From Octopus bimaculoides (taxonomy: Eukaryota), in assembly GCF_001194135.2 (NCBI RefSeq), contig NC_068983.1, positions 16,174,635-16,212,872 on the forward strand: 38,238 nucleotides of DNA. The letters are read 5' to 3'. The first letter of the stretch is position 1, and the number at the start of each line of letters is the position of its first letter. A program made the translations under genes and the position numbers. Under the pieces are notes generated by a model that had not been told where the DNA came from, made no database searches, and saw nothing but the letters and a program-made list of their open reading frames with translations. Below, piece after piece: positions 9,940 to 22,370 of the stretch.

Positions 9940-10041
9940 ATGGCCGGCGACAGCTTTCGAGAATTTGTTATGAATGGAAATTTCACTGAATTGAAGAAAA
10001 TACTTGAAGAAAATAAAGATTTATTGTTGAAGGTGGACGAG
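9940..10041 (+). CDS. PSMD10: PSMD10/gankyrin coding exon 1 (MAGDSFREFVMNGNFTELKKILEENKDLLLKVDE)
   Basis: ATG at 9940; 34 codons end at a GAG|gtaagt donor (phase 0). Resembles the gankyrin N-terminus (human ..SGKLEELKESILADKSLATRTDQ) and joins in frame to exon 2. Confidence 0.9.
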
Positions 10042-11143
10042 GTAAGTACTCGGCGATGTTTTCAAGGTATTATTTCGCTGGTTGTAGGAATTTATAAGCA
10101 ACTACATTGTTACGATGTGTCATAGTATAGCATGAGTAAGCGTTTCCTAATGTTATGCCTAAAACAACAAAGCCAGCTTTATGAGCAATCATTGATACAA
10201 CAGCCACATATTACTTGTGCTTATTTTCATTGCTGCGGTTAAAAAATTAAAGTCTATCCCCACACGAGTTGAACTTAGAACAACGACCTCACCAAACTAT
10301 ATGTGCTTCGACTTTATGAGTTTGAACAATAGAGGTATAATAGTACATTAATATTCTACAGCTGTTCTTGTAAATAATATGTCTCAGCAGACAAGTTTTA
10401 GTTTTTACATTATCCTTTTATTCGAAGCATTTTAATTTTCTCTCTTGAAGAAGTGGGTATATTCGAAACAGCGGCACTCACGTCTCTCTACATTATACAG
10501 ATTTTCTCATCCTATATCCTATACATACCTGAAAATCTGACTCTGAAATAATTGCTAATAAATGTGCTTTTTTTTTTTTCGTGTTTTACATTAGCTATCA
10601 TTCTCCATGGCATTGCTAACTACTAGACTATTTTTTGAGATAGGATGTAAAAAATAAAATCGTCTCTAGCAGATTTGAACCGCTAGACATTGTATTAAGT
10701 ATGATAAAGAAGCAATACGGTTATCTACTACCTATTGAATGTCTATCCTTTCAACTATAGTCATAAAGCCTGATTACATCGACCCCAGTGCTCGGCTGGT
10801 ACTTATTTCATTGATCACGAAAGGATGAACGGTAAAGTCAGCTTCGGTGGAATTTGAAATCAGAACGGAAAGATAGACGAAATGTCACTAAGTATTTGTC
10901 AGGCGGGCAAACGATTCTGCTAACCCGACGCATTCTACTGATTAAATAATAATAATAAACAACTAGGTCTTTATCCGTCTCTACGTTGTCGGTGAAAATA
11001 TTTGTTAATCATGTACGTACCTTTTTTTTTAACAGTAGACTTATATAGTGAAAGTCTCGTTAGTTACTATGGTGACAACAGTCTCTCTCTCTCTCTCGCT
11101 CTCAATAACAACATGATATTGTTGTGAGTCTTTTTAAAGTATA

Positions 11144-11350
11144 TGTTGCATTGTCTTTATGTTGAACTATGTTGAAACACACACACACACAATCAAAAAA
11201 ATAAGTATAGTGTTATATAGTGGAAGTTTTTTTTTTTTTAAGCTGTGTTGTGTTGTCTCTATGTTGAAAGACATAAAACACACAACCAAAAAAATAACCA
11301 TCGTTATATAATGACGGCCTTTTTTCATTTTGAAGCTGTGTTGTTTTGAC
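11144..11350 (+). repeat. Degenerate ~105-bp tandem repeat (~2 copies) in PSMD10 intron 1
   Basis: Recurring tgttg.ttgtct.tatgttgaa...acacacaa.caaaaaaataa...ttatata...aagctgtgttg. Confidence 0.6.
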
Positions 11351-11426
11351 AACTTGCACTTAAAATTCCTGCATTTTTAATCAAAACTTGCTAGTTACAA
11401 TGGTGATGACACTACCTATCTCTCTA

Positions 11427-11466
<40 letters not shown>

Positions 11467-11984
11467 ACTATTTTTTCTCAACAACTTTTTCTCCTCTTTT
11501 TCTAAAAATACATTGTAACATATATTTTGATTCCTCCCCCTCTTTCCCTTACTCTGATAGATGCTGTGACAGACAGACTGACAGAGATCCACTTCTCTTT
11601 TATTATAAGTCCTTTGTTTTCAGAGAAAATGTAATAGTGAATGAATCCGTTGTCCAGTTTAACACTATTACCTAACACCTTGGATACCTTAGCAACATCT
11701 CCATTGCATGCATTCCAGCCACATCTGTTTAAAAACACCCATCTCTCTCCCTTCCATCAGTCGCTCAGATGCTATTAAAGATTATGAGTACTGCTTCTTC
11801 TGCTAACGAAAATAAAACTGAATTGAATCAGCTTTTGTTTGAAAATTCCAGTGGAATTCAAATTCACAAGCACAACTCTAGCCACTACATAGGTTTTTGT
11901 ACATTTTCCATATTTTTTTTTTTTTTTTTGTACATTATCCATATTATTCTTACCACCTGTAATGTTGGGAACTGTAGGTATTAG

Positions 11985-12531
11985 CCTTTTTACTGCAAAC
12001 CTAAATTTCATGGTGCCAGTGGTATGTGAAAAGACATTCGGGCGAGATCGTTGCCAGTGCCGCTGGACTGGCTCCTGTGCAGGTGGCACCTAAAATGCAC
12101 CATTTCAAGCGTGGCTGTTGCCAGTACCTCCTGACTGGCCCTCGTGCCGGTGGCACGTAAAAGCACTCACTACACTCTTGGAGAGGTTGGTGTTAGGAAG
12201 GGCATCCAGCTGTAGAAACTCTGCCAGATCAGATTGGAGCCTGGTGTAGCCACCTGGTCCACCAGTCCTCAGTCAAATCGTCCTACCAATGCTAGCATGG
12301 AAAGCGGATGTTAAACGATGATGATTTCAGTAATGATGATATCTATCACAAACTAGAATTAATATTTACTGCAAGTTACCTTGCCTCAATAATCTTCACG
12401 TATCTCAAAAAAAGATATAGTTTCAAATATGACACATCTCAACAAAAGATAGTTTGGTGTATAAAACTGCTTTCCATAGCTAAGCATAATGAGATTTTGA
12501 GTCGATATATCTGATTTCCACAGTAAAAGGG
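11985..12531. mobile_element. piggyBac-type MITE with a nested RTE tail
   Basis: ttag-CCTTTTTACTG ... CAGTAAAAGGG-ctaa inverted ends. Confidence 0.55.
12010..12325 (+). mobile_element. RTE-type 3' tail copy (family 'A')
   Basis: Same tail sequence as 17097-17339. Other copies at ~1-45, 1985-2085, 3109-3200, 3400-3515, 20490-20650, 21890-21930, 23200-23345, 24885-25170 and 30060-30195. Confidence 0.8.
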
Positions 12532-13118
12532 CTAATCAATTAAAACCTACCATTTGTAAGGTTTTGATTGAACTATTTTGACATGATGAGGCTGGAGAAG
12601 ATAAGGTGGTTTTAGTCAGTTAATCATGATCTGAGCCACTGCTATTGCAACCCAATTATTAAACTAAATAATCTGTATTAATTTGTTAATTGGAAGTGTA
12701 ATCTTCTAAACCTTCTTATCAGGTGGATAAGTAATTGGGAATAATTTTATAAAAAGAAATGTAACCATAAGCCTTCTTATCGGCTGTTTATGAGGAAATA
12801 ATGGTTTCAGCCAGAATAACATTTTGTTGTTGTTGTTGTTGTATAGCCATAGGTCAGTCAGTTCAGCAACTATGTATAAGTCATAGATCAAGTGCTTCAG
12901 ATACACACATCATGTTCTTTGCGGAGGAACAATATTGTGTACTCCAACGTAATGTGTGCAAAATTTGGGTATGTTCACTTGTTTTCCTCAATGTTCCATA
13001 CAGTCTGGTGGTGTCTACAGCAGAGACAGGCAAAGTAGGCTCACTTGAAGTGTAACAACTGTTGTTCCTCTACACTTATCGTTGGTAGTGTGTATCTCAG
13101 TTCAGTGCCTGAGATTAA

Positions 13119-13410
13119 CCCTTTTGATACCAATCTGCCTGATAAGACCATTTCAAGTTGTATGATACCAACTTTCTGTTTTAATTAACACTCTTGTTAC
13201 TGTATTTACTTTGAGATGTTCTGTATTTCTTTCAATTAATTTTAAACATAACAAAGAATTTAGTAAAATAACTTAGTTATCATTAAGCTAATGTTAGGAA
13301 CATAAATTGTGTCTAAGGTTTGGTGGAAGATTTTAATTCAGAACTATTGAAAACAAGACATTTGCACTACAGAGCTAGAGGCAGTTTCAGCCGGCTTAGT
13401 ATCAAAAGGG
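13119..13410. mobile_element. piggyBac-type MITE
   Basis: TTAA-CCCTTTTGATAC ... GTATCAAAAGGG-TTAA: 12-bp perfect TIR with TTAA on both sides. Confidence 0.85.
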
Positions 13411-13559
13411 TTAAAGTTCTAAATACCTGCTTAATAATGACAAAGTTATTTTACAAAATTCTTTATTATATTTGAAATTAATTGAAACAAAGGCAGTGTA
13501 TTTCAATAGAAATATAGTAACAAAAGGGTTATATTATTAATGTTGCTATTTTTGTATCT

Positions 13560-14130
13560 GTGATTTTCATATTTGATGTAGTTATAGGAGTGGTGATGAA
13601 GTGATTGTACAGGAATAGTCCTGCTTAGAACTTGTTGCAGAAACAAATTGTATTGCTCACATATCCAGATAGTCTTTCATGTTGAGTACTTCTTTTTATT
13701 TTTCATCGTAATGTTGAGGTATATGCTGTTTTGTGTTTTCTGTAGTTTTAGGATGCAGAAAGAATTCATGATGGATTTAATGTGTTATTTTTGTAAACCA
13801 GATTGTTTTGTTTGATTGTGTTGACTGAATGTGATAGATGAATGTGCTCTGTGAGCATGTGCCTTTTGATTTTTTTGATTTTTATTATGTCTTCTAATTT
13901 GTGCTGTGAATGTTCTAGAAGTGTTGTATTTTTGTCTTTTGTGTGTGTATGTGTGTTTTATTGAGCATGATGTTTACTTTCACATCAAATACAATTAATC
14001 ATCACTCATTAGTGTTGTTGACAAGAAGGGAGGTGGTGGAGTTCTTAGGCGTTATTTTAAGCCTGTTTGTTATGGGTAGCTGATGTAGGTTTAGTTTTGT
14101 TGTACAGCTATGTCTAGGGAGTGATGGAAG
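13560..14130 (-). mobile_element. Possible highly decayed LINE endonuclease (APE) remnant
   Basis: Strong strand asymmetry (A/C-rich on minus) and scattered APE-like traces (SLDIAVQ, NAH). Many stops; weak. Confidence 0.25.
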
Positions 14131-14625
14131 GATGTGACAGTGGTGGACTGCCCCTATAACTCAAAGAGCCAACCTTGCAACACTGTGTCATGCTAATTCT
14201 GTTTGGGAATTACATTAATGATACAAGTATCTGGGGAATATTCAGCCACTTACACTATAATATAATGAATGAGTAATTCAGTTGATCAAATAATAAAAAT
14301 CCATCGTCAAAGTTCAGGTAGAGTTGGGGCTTAAAAGTATTATGCAGATACATTCATGTTATGAGTCAAATAATGAATGTAAAAATGTTCAAGTTTGACT
14401 GACTCAGCAAGATTGTTTGTTTTTTTCATGACTTCAGTTTTCTTTCTTTTCTCTGTAAAGGGGGACAACTGAATGAAGTGACGTATCATTTTCCAACTGG
14501 GATTGTCCTTTGCTTCTGAATGTAACTGCACAATTTTTCTTCTACCATTGTGTATGTGATGTTGCTCATGTTCATTCTCTCTCTCTCATCATAATATTGC
14601 AGCTTTGATTTCCTTTTCATTACAG

Positions 14626-14724
14626 AGTGGCCGACTTCCATTACACTGGGCAGTTTCACAAGGACACTCCGAAATAGCAGATTATCTTCTAGATCTTGGC
14701 ACACCAGTTGATTTTAAAGACGAG
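14626..14724 (+). CDS. PSMD10: PSMD10 coding exon 2 (SGRLPLHWAVSQGHSEIADYLLDLGTPVDFKDE)
   Basis: tttcattacag acceptor and GAG|gtaata donor; 99 nt, phase 0/0. Ankyrin repeat matching human DSRTALHWACSAGHTEIVEFLLQLGVPVNDKDD. Confidence 0.95.
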
Positions 14725-15239
14725 GTAATACAACTTTTGTTTCGTATTTTACAGAGAGCAAGAGGGAGGGGGTGGAGGAATGGAGTATCATCATTGCTTA
14801 TGAAATAATTAGATAGCTGAAAAAAGATAGCAGGTGTTTTGGGTCACAGAGGAACCTGAAATTCAATAGAATTTTAGAGCTTCCATTGGTCAAATGAACT
14901 GTGCCTCTGCACATGTATGCACAGACCTGAGGATGATCGACAGTTTCCCATGCATGAGAATTCTCTGTTGCACACTATATCTGATTCTTATTATGCTCGT
15001 TTTTTTTCACATCTCGTTGTACTTCATCATTCATGTATTTTAGCATCCAGAGAAGTCTGCTTGCTTCATTTCTTTCCAGCTGTTTCATCTCCCCATTTGC
15101 TGCAAATGTTTTAGCATGTATTAATGCTTCATCAGTGACTCAGTACTCACATTTTCTCCACATATACTCAAACACACGCACGCATGTCAGATTCATATAT
15201 ATTATAAAAAACCTGTATTTTGTTTCCATCTATTTCCAG

Positions 15240-15386
15240 TCAGGATGGACACCTCTCATGATAGCAGTGTCTGCTGGTCGTCCAAAGATTGTCAACAGCC
15301 TTATTCACCGTAGGGCTGACATCAATGCTGTCAACAACAATGGCCAATGTTCTTTACACTATGCAGTCTCTAAAAACAGATATGAG
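15240..15386 (+). CDS. PSMD10: PSMD10 coding exon 3 (SGWTPLMIAVSAGR...QCSLHYAVSKNRYE)
   Basis: tatttccag acceptor and GAG|gtaata donor; 147 nt, phase 0/0. Ankyrin repeats matching human AGWSPLHIAASAGR...CTPLHYAASKNRHE. Confidence 0.95.
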
Positions 15387-16239
15387 GTAATATATTGATG
15401 CTCACAATGTTTGTTTCACAGTCGCAAGGTCCCATGTTTAATCCTACTCTGCATTGTCTTAAGCATGCATCTTTTTGCCATACTTTCAGGTCAGTCTCAA
15501 CCCTGGGAATTAAATTGGGGAGACAGTGAGTGACAATGCTGAATTTTAAAAATTACAAGTAGAGTTCATTTGAAGAGCATCCAACTGGTTCAGCTTGAAG
15601 AGTATGTTAATAGTAAACGTTTCAATGGAATACTTAGCCACCAACACATTAACCTTTCATTTCCTGTACAATAGAGTACTGTACAGAATTGCATGCAACA
15701 TGTGATATCACAAGAAATGTACTAACCTTGTTTATAAGAAGGAAATGTGGAACTTTCTAATATAAGGGGAAAAAACTCTTATCCCGTTTCTATCATTCAT
15801 TTCTGTTTTTTATTGGAATCCTTACAGAATTGGGCTTTTGACTTCGTACACTTTCAGCAGGATGTTATGAATTAATTCAGTTGAGCCAAATAGCTGAACA
15901 CTCATCCTCAATACCATTGAAGATCTGTTTTATTTATGAGTGGATACAATGTATTATGGGTATGCTTTTTTGATGTGTGTGTAACCTGTAGATTGCAGAA
16001 TATTACTTGATTCCAGTTGCTGCTATGATAAGATATTTTTGAAGTGTCTGTTCATAGAGGATGCAAATCTCTTCTGAATGGTATTAGATTTAGATGACAT
16101 CTGATGACAGAAAAATACTGGAAAGTGTTGCAACGTATTATTTGTTGCCTTTATCATATTCATTTATTATATAACCTGAAGGTAATTCCAGATAGACAGT
16201 CCGCTTAAATATTATTTTGGTTTGTTTTTTTTTTAACAG

Positions 16240-16406
16240 ATAGCTGAATGCTTGTTGAACAACAAAGCTGCACCCAATATAGCAGATTGGATGGGCAGCA
16301 CTCCACTACACCGAGCAGCTTCAAAAGGCCACACAAATATTGTTACTTTACTTCTACAGCACAAAGCTAATGTGAACTATGCAGATCGTGAAGGCAACAC
16401 ACCACT
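16240..16406 (+). CDS. PSMD10: PSMD10 coding exon 4 (IAECLLNNKAAPNIADWMGSTPLHRAASKGHTNIVTLLLQHKANVNYADREGNTPL)
   Basis: ttttttaacag acceptor and CT|gtaagt donor; 167 nt, phase 0/2. Matches the gankyrin HRAAAKGN...EGNTPL segment. Confidence 0.95.
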
Positions 16407-16466
16407 GTAAGTTTACATCGACTTTATGATGCAGAGCTCCATTAATTCATTTCAACATTTCATTAA

Positions 16467-16825
16467 CCCTTTTGATACGAATCTGCCTTTGGTTCTATGA
16501 TACAAAGTTCTTGCTATGATTAATTGATCTAAATTAAAACTTCCCATCAAAATTTCATGTTAATTTCTGTTCCAAACATCACCTTAAGAATAACTTCAAA
16601 TTTTGGTCCAAATCCAGCAATATCAGGAGAGGGGTTAAGTAGATTACATCAACCCTGGTACTTAACTTATTGACCCCGAAAAGATGAAAGGCAAAGTTGA
16701 CCTAGGCAGAATGTGAAGACATGAAATACCGCTAAGCATTTCACCCACGTACTAACAATTCTTTTAAACACCACCTTAATAATGACAAAGTTATTTTACT
16801 AAATTCTCCATTATCAATAATATTA
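16467..16825. mobile_element. piggyBac-type MITE (one end clear) with a nested family 'C' SINE
   Basis: Starts TTAA-CCCTTTTGATAC. The SINE is bounded by a 15-bp duplication, caccttaagaataac (16580) / caccttaataatgac (16772). Confidence 0.7.
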
Positions 16826-17096
16826 ATATGCCAACTTTTTGTTTTTGTACGTATGCACCTTTGGTGTGTGTCACACTTACTTTAAAAGAAGTGATTGGTA
16901 AAGTGGGAGAGAAGAGGACAGAGAGACAGTGAATGGTGACAGCATTCGTTTTGTGTTTTTAAATGTTTATCAGTATTTTCAGAGTAGACTGATACATGCA
17001 TCGCAAGAAAATTAGATACATAGATACATACACACATTGTTAAATTAAAAGCGGGAGAGAGGAGGGACACAGAAGAAGTGAGATAGACAGTAGATA

Positions 17097-17728
17097 CATC
17101 ATCATCATCATCATCGTTTAACGTCCGCTTTCCATGCTAGCATGGGTTGGACAATTTGACTGAGGACTGGTGAAACCGGATGGCAACACCAGGCTCCAAT
17201 CTAATTTGGCAGAGTTTCTACAGCTGGATGCCCTTCCTAACGCCAACCACTCAGAGAGTGTAGTGGGTGCTTTTACGTGTCACCCGCACGAAAACGTCCA
17301 CGCTCGAAATGGTGTCTTTTATGTGCCACCCGCACAAGANNNNNNNNNNNNNNNNNNNNNNNNNNNNNNNNNNNNNNNNNNNNNNNNNNNNNNNNNNNNN
17401 NNNNNNNNNNNNNNNNNNNNNNNNNNNNNNNNNNNNNNNNNNNNNNNNNNNNNNNNNNNNNNNNNNNNNNNNNNNNNNNNNNNNNNNNNNNNNNNNNNNN
17501 NNNNNNNNNNNNNNNNNNNNNNNNNNNNNNNCGCCTCGGTGAGGCCCAATGTTCGAAGGTCTTGCCTCACCACCTCAGCCTAGGTCTTCCTGGGCCTACC
17601 TCTTCCACGGGTTCCCTCAACTGTCAGGGAGTGGCACTTTTTCACGCAGCTATCCTCATTCATTCTCACCACATGTCCAAACCAGCGCAATCGTCTCTCT
17701 TGCACACCACTACTGATGCTTCTTCAGT
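17097..17728 (-). mobile_element. 5'-truncated RTE LINE spanning an N-gap, ending in a (GAT)n tail
   Basis: 17532-17728 reads QERRLRWFGHVVRM...EGTRGRGRPRKT*AEVVRQDL. 17097-17339 is a 3' UTR-like segment ending GGAAAGCGGACGTTAAACGATGATGAT. Confidence 0.85.
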
Positions 17729-18370
17729 AGTGGTGTGCAAGAGAGACGATACATAAACACATTGTTAAATCAAAGACAAATAACTACAGCAAATATTAGA
17801 TGCCACTTTCACTTTTCATTATCACACAAGGATAAAATTAACTCGCAAGTGGCTGAGTACTCCACAGACATGCATACCATTGACATAGTTCTCAGGGAGA
17901 TTCAGCCTCACACGGAATATGACAAGGCTGGCCACTTTGAATTACAGCTACAACTCATTTTGGCCAGCTGAGTGGACTGCAGCAAGGTGAAGTAGAGTAC
18001 CTTGCTCAAGAACACAGTGCACCACAGGGAATCATACTCATGACTTTACAATCGTAGGCCAAATACTCCTTAAAATCCAGAAGAGTGGATAAAATGAATA
18101 CCAGCAACATTTGGTTTCAGAACTATGAGACACCAAACTTGATACCATAAAACATCTTGATAGGCTTTCTTACCTGGGTCAATTTATTTCAGTCATTATC
18201 ACAAATGTGAAAATTGTTATTCTTGTAGAGTCACTACAAAGAAATAATTTTGGGGCTTTAAAGAATTTATTTTGATGTATCTAGCATAATAGTCTTGAGA
18301 TTACTCTGTCATATACATTTTTTTTATAATTCACATCCTGATGCTTACATACCCCAGTCATTACATTTAA

Positions 18371-18578
18371 CCTTTCTGATTCCATATTTCTGTTGAAATA
18401 AACTGTGCCTTTGTTTCAATTAATTTTGAAAATAATGAAGAATTTAGTAAAATAATTTTGTTGTTATTAACAACTTAGCATGAAATTTTGAGGGAAAGTC
18501 TTAATTTAGATCGCTTTAAAACAGAAAGTGTGTATCATAGAAGCAGGACTAACCTAAGACAGGTTGGTGGCAAGGCGG
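18371..18578. mobile_element. Decayed piggyBac-type MITE
   Basis: TTAA on both sides; body similar to 13119-13410. Confidence 0.6.
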
Positions 18579-19144
18579 TTAATTCAGGATTTTGAATTTT
18601 ATTTCACCTATATTTTTTAATAGACTTGTACTAATTAATTAAATCAATGCCAGTATATTTTAATTTAATTGTGGCTTCAGATAAAAAGTGAACATTGAAT
18701 CTCTGCTGCCAACTGGGATTGAACTTGTTAATTTTATTGATATCTAAATTGTTCACTTCAAAACAGACATTTTCAATTAATAAAGCTACAATAATTACAT
18801 GTACTGAACTATTGATTGCATACTAATATAATTACACTCATGTACTGAGACTGTGAATTTTATGCTGTAAGCTAGCTACAATTCTTGTCTCAGTCAATAA
18901 ATATATCCAAATAGGTCTTGTCTTTGTTTCATTGTCAAGTAATTTTGTTTGAGAACTCAGACACAAAACTGCTGCTCAACAATTTGTAGATTTAAAAGCC
19001 ATTAATGGATGGGAAATGCAGTTAAGAAAAGCAATAGATATTTTTTTTTTAAAACTACCAATTGTATATTTAATGTCTTCAAAGTCATATTTTTTTTTCC
19101 ATAAAATGTCAATATTTTCAATGGATTTTCATTAAATATTTCAG

Positions 19145-19226
19145 TCATTTGGCATGTGAAGAAGAACGAGCTGAAGTGGCTTACATGCTTGTCAGAAATG
19201 GAGCACTATTGACAATCTTAAACAAA
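19145..19226 (+). CDS. PSMD10: PSMD10 coding exon 5 (HLACEEERAEVAYMLVRNGALLTILNK)
   Basis: atatttcag acceptor and AAA|gtacat donor; 82 nt, phase 2/0. Matches gankyrin HLACDEERVEEAKLLVSQGASIYIENK. Confidence 0.93.
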
Positions 19227-20648
19227 GTACATGACTCTTTCCTTCTTTTTTTTCTTTTTTCTTTTTTTTTTTTGCAATACATGCAAAGTATTGAATGATT
19301 GATAGTAATGATGTAAATTTTGCTTTGCTGAAATTATAGACTGATATAAAGTATTGAGATGTAACAACTTTAAAATATGATAATATAATCTGTCTGTCTT
19401 TATAATACAATAAGTAACACTGAACCAGATGTAGCCAGTAAATTATATTACTATTGCAGAGAAATAGATGAAATTTAACATCTTGTTCTATTTTTTTAAT
19501 ATAAGGTTTTACTTACTGCTTTGTACAGCAAACAGTATAATAAAACGAAATCCATGAGTGCTCTCTCAGATTTTAACTTTCAACACCTAATTCTTGGGAT
19601 GTTATTACCATATTTTCTAGCATATAAGTCAAGTTTTGTTGACTTAAATTTACAACCAAAAATTCCATGTGAAATGCAGCAGGATTTGAAAAGATTGTGA
19701 TGATGTTTGAATGTTTACACTATATGCTACATCTGTTTGTATGCCAGAAAATATGCCATCACAAACGGTAATAACTAGAATCCATAAAAAACAGAACACC
19801 TTGACTTAGAGTAGCATAATAATTTAGTGATATTTTAGGGACTCCATCAGTCAGTGTTTGCCATGCAGCTGCACATGTTTGCACAGGAAAGGCTAGCAGT
19901 TGTCCATGCAGCATGCAAGTCTCCTCTCCATACCACCCATGTTTATCTAAGTGAAAGACTACCAATTTGAGCCAATATAGCCTGGCGCCAGCACTATCAC
20001 AGGCATCACTGTCAGAACACAACCAGAATAGATACCACATCTCATCTGATCCTATGACAGTTTTACTAATCCATCACCCTGGATTGGTACCTTTTCATTG
20101 ACCTCAAAAGAATAAAAGGCAAAGTTGACCATGGCAGGATTTGAACACCGCGCAGAGAGTTGGAACAAACACTACAAGATATCCTAACCAATATTTTTAT
20201 CACTCTGCTCCTTCACCTTTGTAATATAGAACAGTGGTATTGACATCATTGTTTTACTGTCTTTTACCATGCTTGTATGGTTACCATATGTATCCCTGTT
20301 TTTTTGAAGAGGTACACCACTTGTCAAAGGTGACTAAAGGGATTGGTGAGAGGAAGGACATCCAGCTGTTGTTAAGTGGCAGTGGAGGTTTAAAACAAAT
20401 GAATAATGGCATCATTGTTTTTTTTCCTTCTAATCTTTGTTGTGCAATGTTTATATTTCTGTGCATGCATGTCGTGTGTGTGTGTGTATCATCATCATCA
20501 TCGTTTAACGTCCACTTTCCATACTAGCATGGGTTGGATGATTTGACTAAGGACTGGCGAACCAGATGGCTGCACCAAGCCCCAATCTATTCTGGCAGAG
20601 TTTCTACACCTGGATGCCCTTTCTAATGCCAACCACTCTGAAAGTGTA

Positions 20649-20688
<40 letters not shown>

Positions 20689-20694
20689 TATATA

Positions 20695-21310
20695 GGTGTG
20701 GCTCTATAATAAGCAGCTTGCTTCCCAACCACATGGTTCTGGGTTCAGTCCCACCGTGTGGAACCTTGAACAAGTGTCGTCTACTATAGCCTCAGGCTGA
20801 CCAAAGCCTTGTTAGTAGACTTTGTAGACGGAAACTGACAGAAGGCTGTCATACATATATATATATATATGATGATATATATATATATATATGTGTGTGT
20901 GTGTATAATCATCGTTTAATGTCCATCTTCCATGCATGCATGGGTTGGACACTTGACAGGAGCCAGCTAGGTAGGAAAACTATTTTGGCAGGGTTTTTAT
21001 GGCTGGATGCCCTTCCTAACTCAAACTACTCTGCAGAGTGGACTCAGTGATTTTTATGTGGCACTAGCACAGGCAAAGTTAGTTTTGGCATGATTTTTAC
21101 AGCTTATATATATATGTATATATTTATGCGTTTGTGTCTATGTTTGTCCCCCCCCCCAATCACTTGATAACCGATGATGGTACAACTGATAAAATAAGTA
21201 CTAGGATTAGAAAATAATAAGTTCTAGGGTTGATTTCTTTGACTAAAAAACCCTTTAAAGTGGTGCTCCAGCATGGCTGCAATCAAATTACTGAAACAAG
21301 TAAAAGAATA
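20695..21310 (+). mobile_element. Family 'B' SINE interrupted by an RTE-tail fragment (~20908-21105)
   Basis: Both halves align to the 228-600 copy. The insert sits in the SINE's internal (TA)n tract. Confidence 0.75.
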
Positions 21311-21397
21311 TATATCTATGTGTATGTATGTATGTGTGTGTGTGTGTGTATATGTATGTGTATATATTTATTTATTTATTTCTGCTCATTTTTTCAG

Positions 21398-21475
21398 GAA
21401 GAAAAGACTCCTTTAGATCTTGTTCCATTAAAGATCCGTCGCAACTTAAAGAATCTGTCTGATCAAACTATGTAG
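21398..21475 (+). CDS. PSMD10: PSMD10 terminal coding exon (EEKTPLDLVPLKIRRNLKNLSDQTM*)
   Basis: ttttttcag acceptor; EEKTPL matches the human NKEEKTPL; TAG at 21473-21475. The six exons sum to 675 nt = 224 aa plus stop. Confidence 0.92.
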   Translation, partial: EEKTPLDLVPLKIRRNLKNLSDQTM

Positions 21476-21946
21476 CTTGCAAGACACAGAAATTTTCAGA
21501 CATTTGCTAACAATTATGCCAAAATAACAGGCTGATGGAAAACATCGAAATTTCCCTGCAGCTTGTGGTTCCAGTAAAATATGCATTTCATATCTTTATT
21601 TTTCCTTTTTTTATAATCAAAGATGGAAAAGGTATTTATTTATGTATAAATGTAACAAAAGGGTAATTTACTAACAAAATTTAATTTTAAAATTCATTCA
21701 AAAAGAAAAATAACTGGGTAGATATATTTTATTGTTTTATAATCCTCTGAAAATGCTGTGTCAAACTTTGTAAAGCTTGTTTCTCCATTCCTTCTTATCG
21801 GAGTAAAATAATAATATTTCATCAAATGTATCTGAGTTTTCTTCTCCTTTTTTCAAACTGTTTATTTTCTGTCTACTCATCATTATCATTTTATGTCTGC
21901 TTTCCATGCTGGTGTGGGTTGGATGGGTCATGATAGTTTCAATCAC

Positions 21947-22182
21947 TTCTTATTTCTTTATTGCCCACAAGGGGCTAAACATAGAGTGGACAAACAAGGA
22001 CAGACAAAGGGATTAAGTCGAATACATCAACCGCAGTGCGTAACTGGACTTGATTTATCGACCCTGAAAGGATGAAGGACAAAGTCGACCTCGGCAGAAT
22101 TTGAACTCAGAACGTAACAGCAGACGAAATACCGCTAAGCATTTCGCCCGGCGTGCTAACGTTTCTGCCAGCTCGCCGCCTT
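21947..22182 (-). mobile_element. tRNA-derived SINE, family 'C', near-complete copy
   Basis: Head GGCGGCGAGCTGGCAGAAACGTTAG and B-box GAGTTCAAATTC. Decayed copies at ~4015-4205, 10770-10925, 16595-16770, 20040-20180, 24395-24545, 27375-27595, 32720-32850, 34585-34745 and 34905-35090. Confidence 0.8.
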
Positions 22183-22370
22183 GTTTCAATCCCTTCTTAT
22201 TTAGCATTCCTTCCCTCCTAGACAAGTCAGAGGACCGTGTCTGGCCTGTACATTTCATTTTTGGCTTGTTTTCTTCAGCTGGACCAGATAACCAATCACT
22301 GAACAATGTATTACAAAGACAAGAAAATTGACTATTGCTAGGAGAAGGCATGAGGACGGAGCCATTTTAA

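Noticed and set aside
11761-11892. Possible cryptic or poison exon in PSMD10 intron 1
   Set aside because: Good polypyrimidine acceptor but only a weak donor (AG|gttttt); unsupported without reads.
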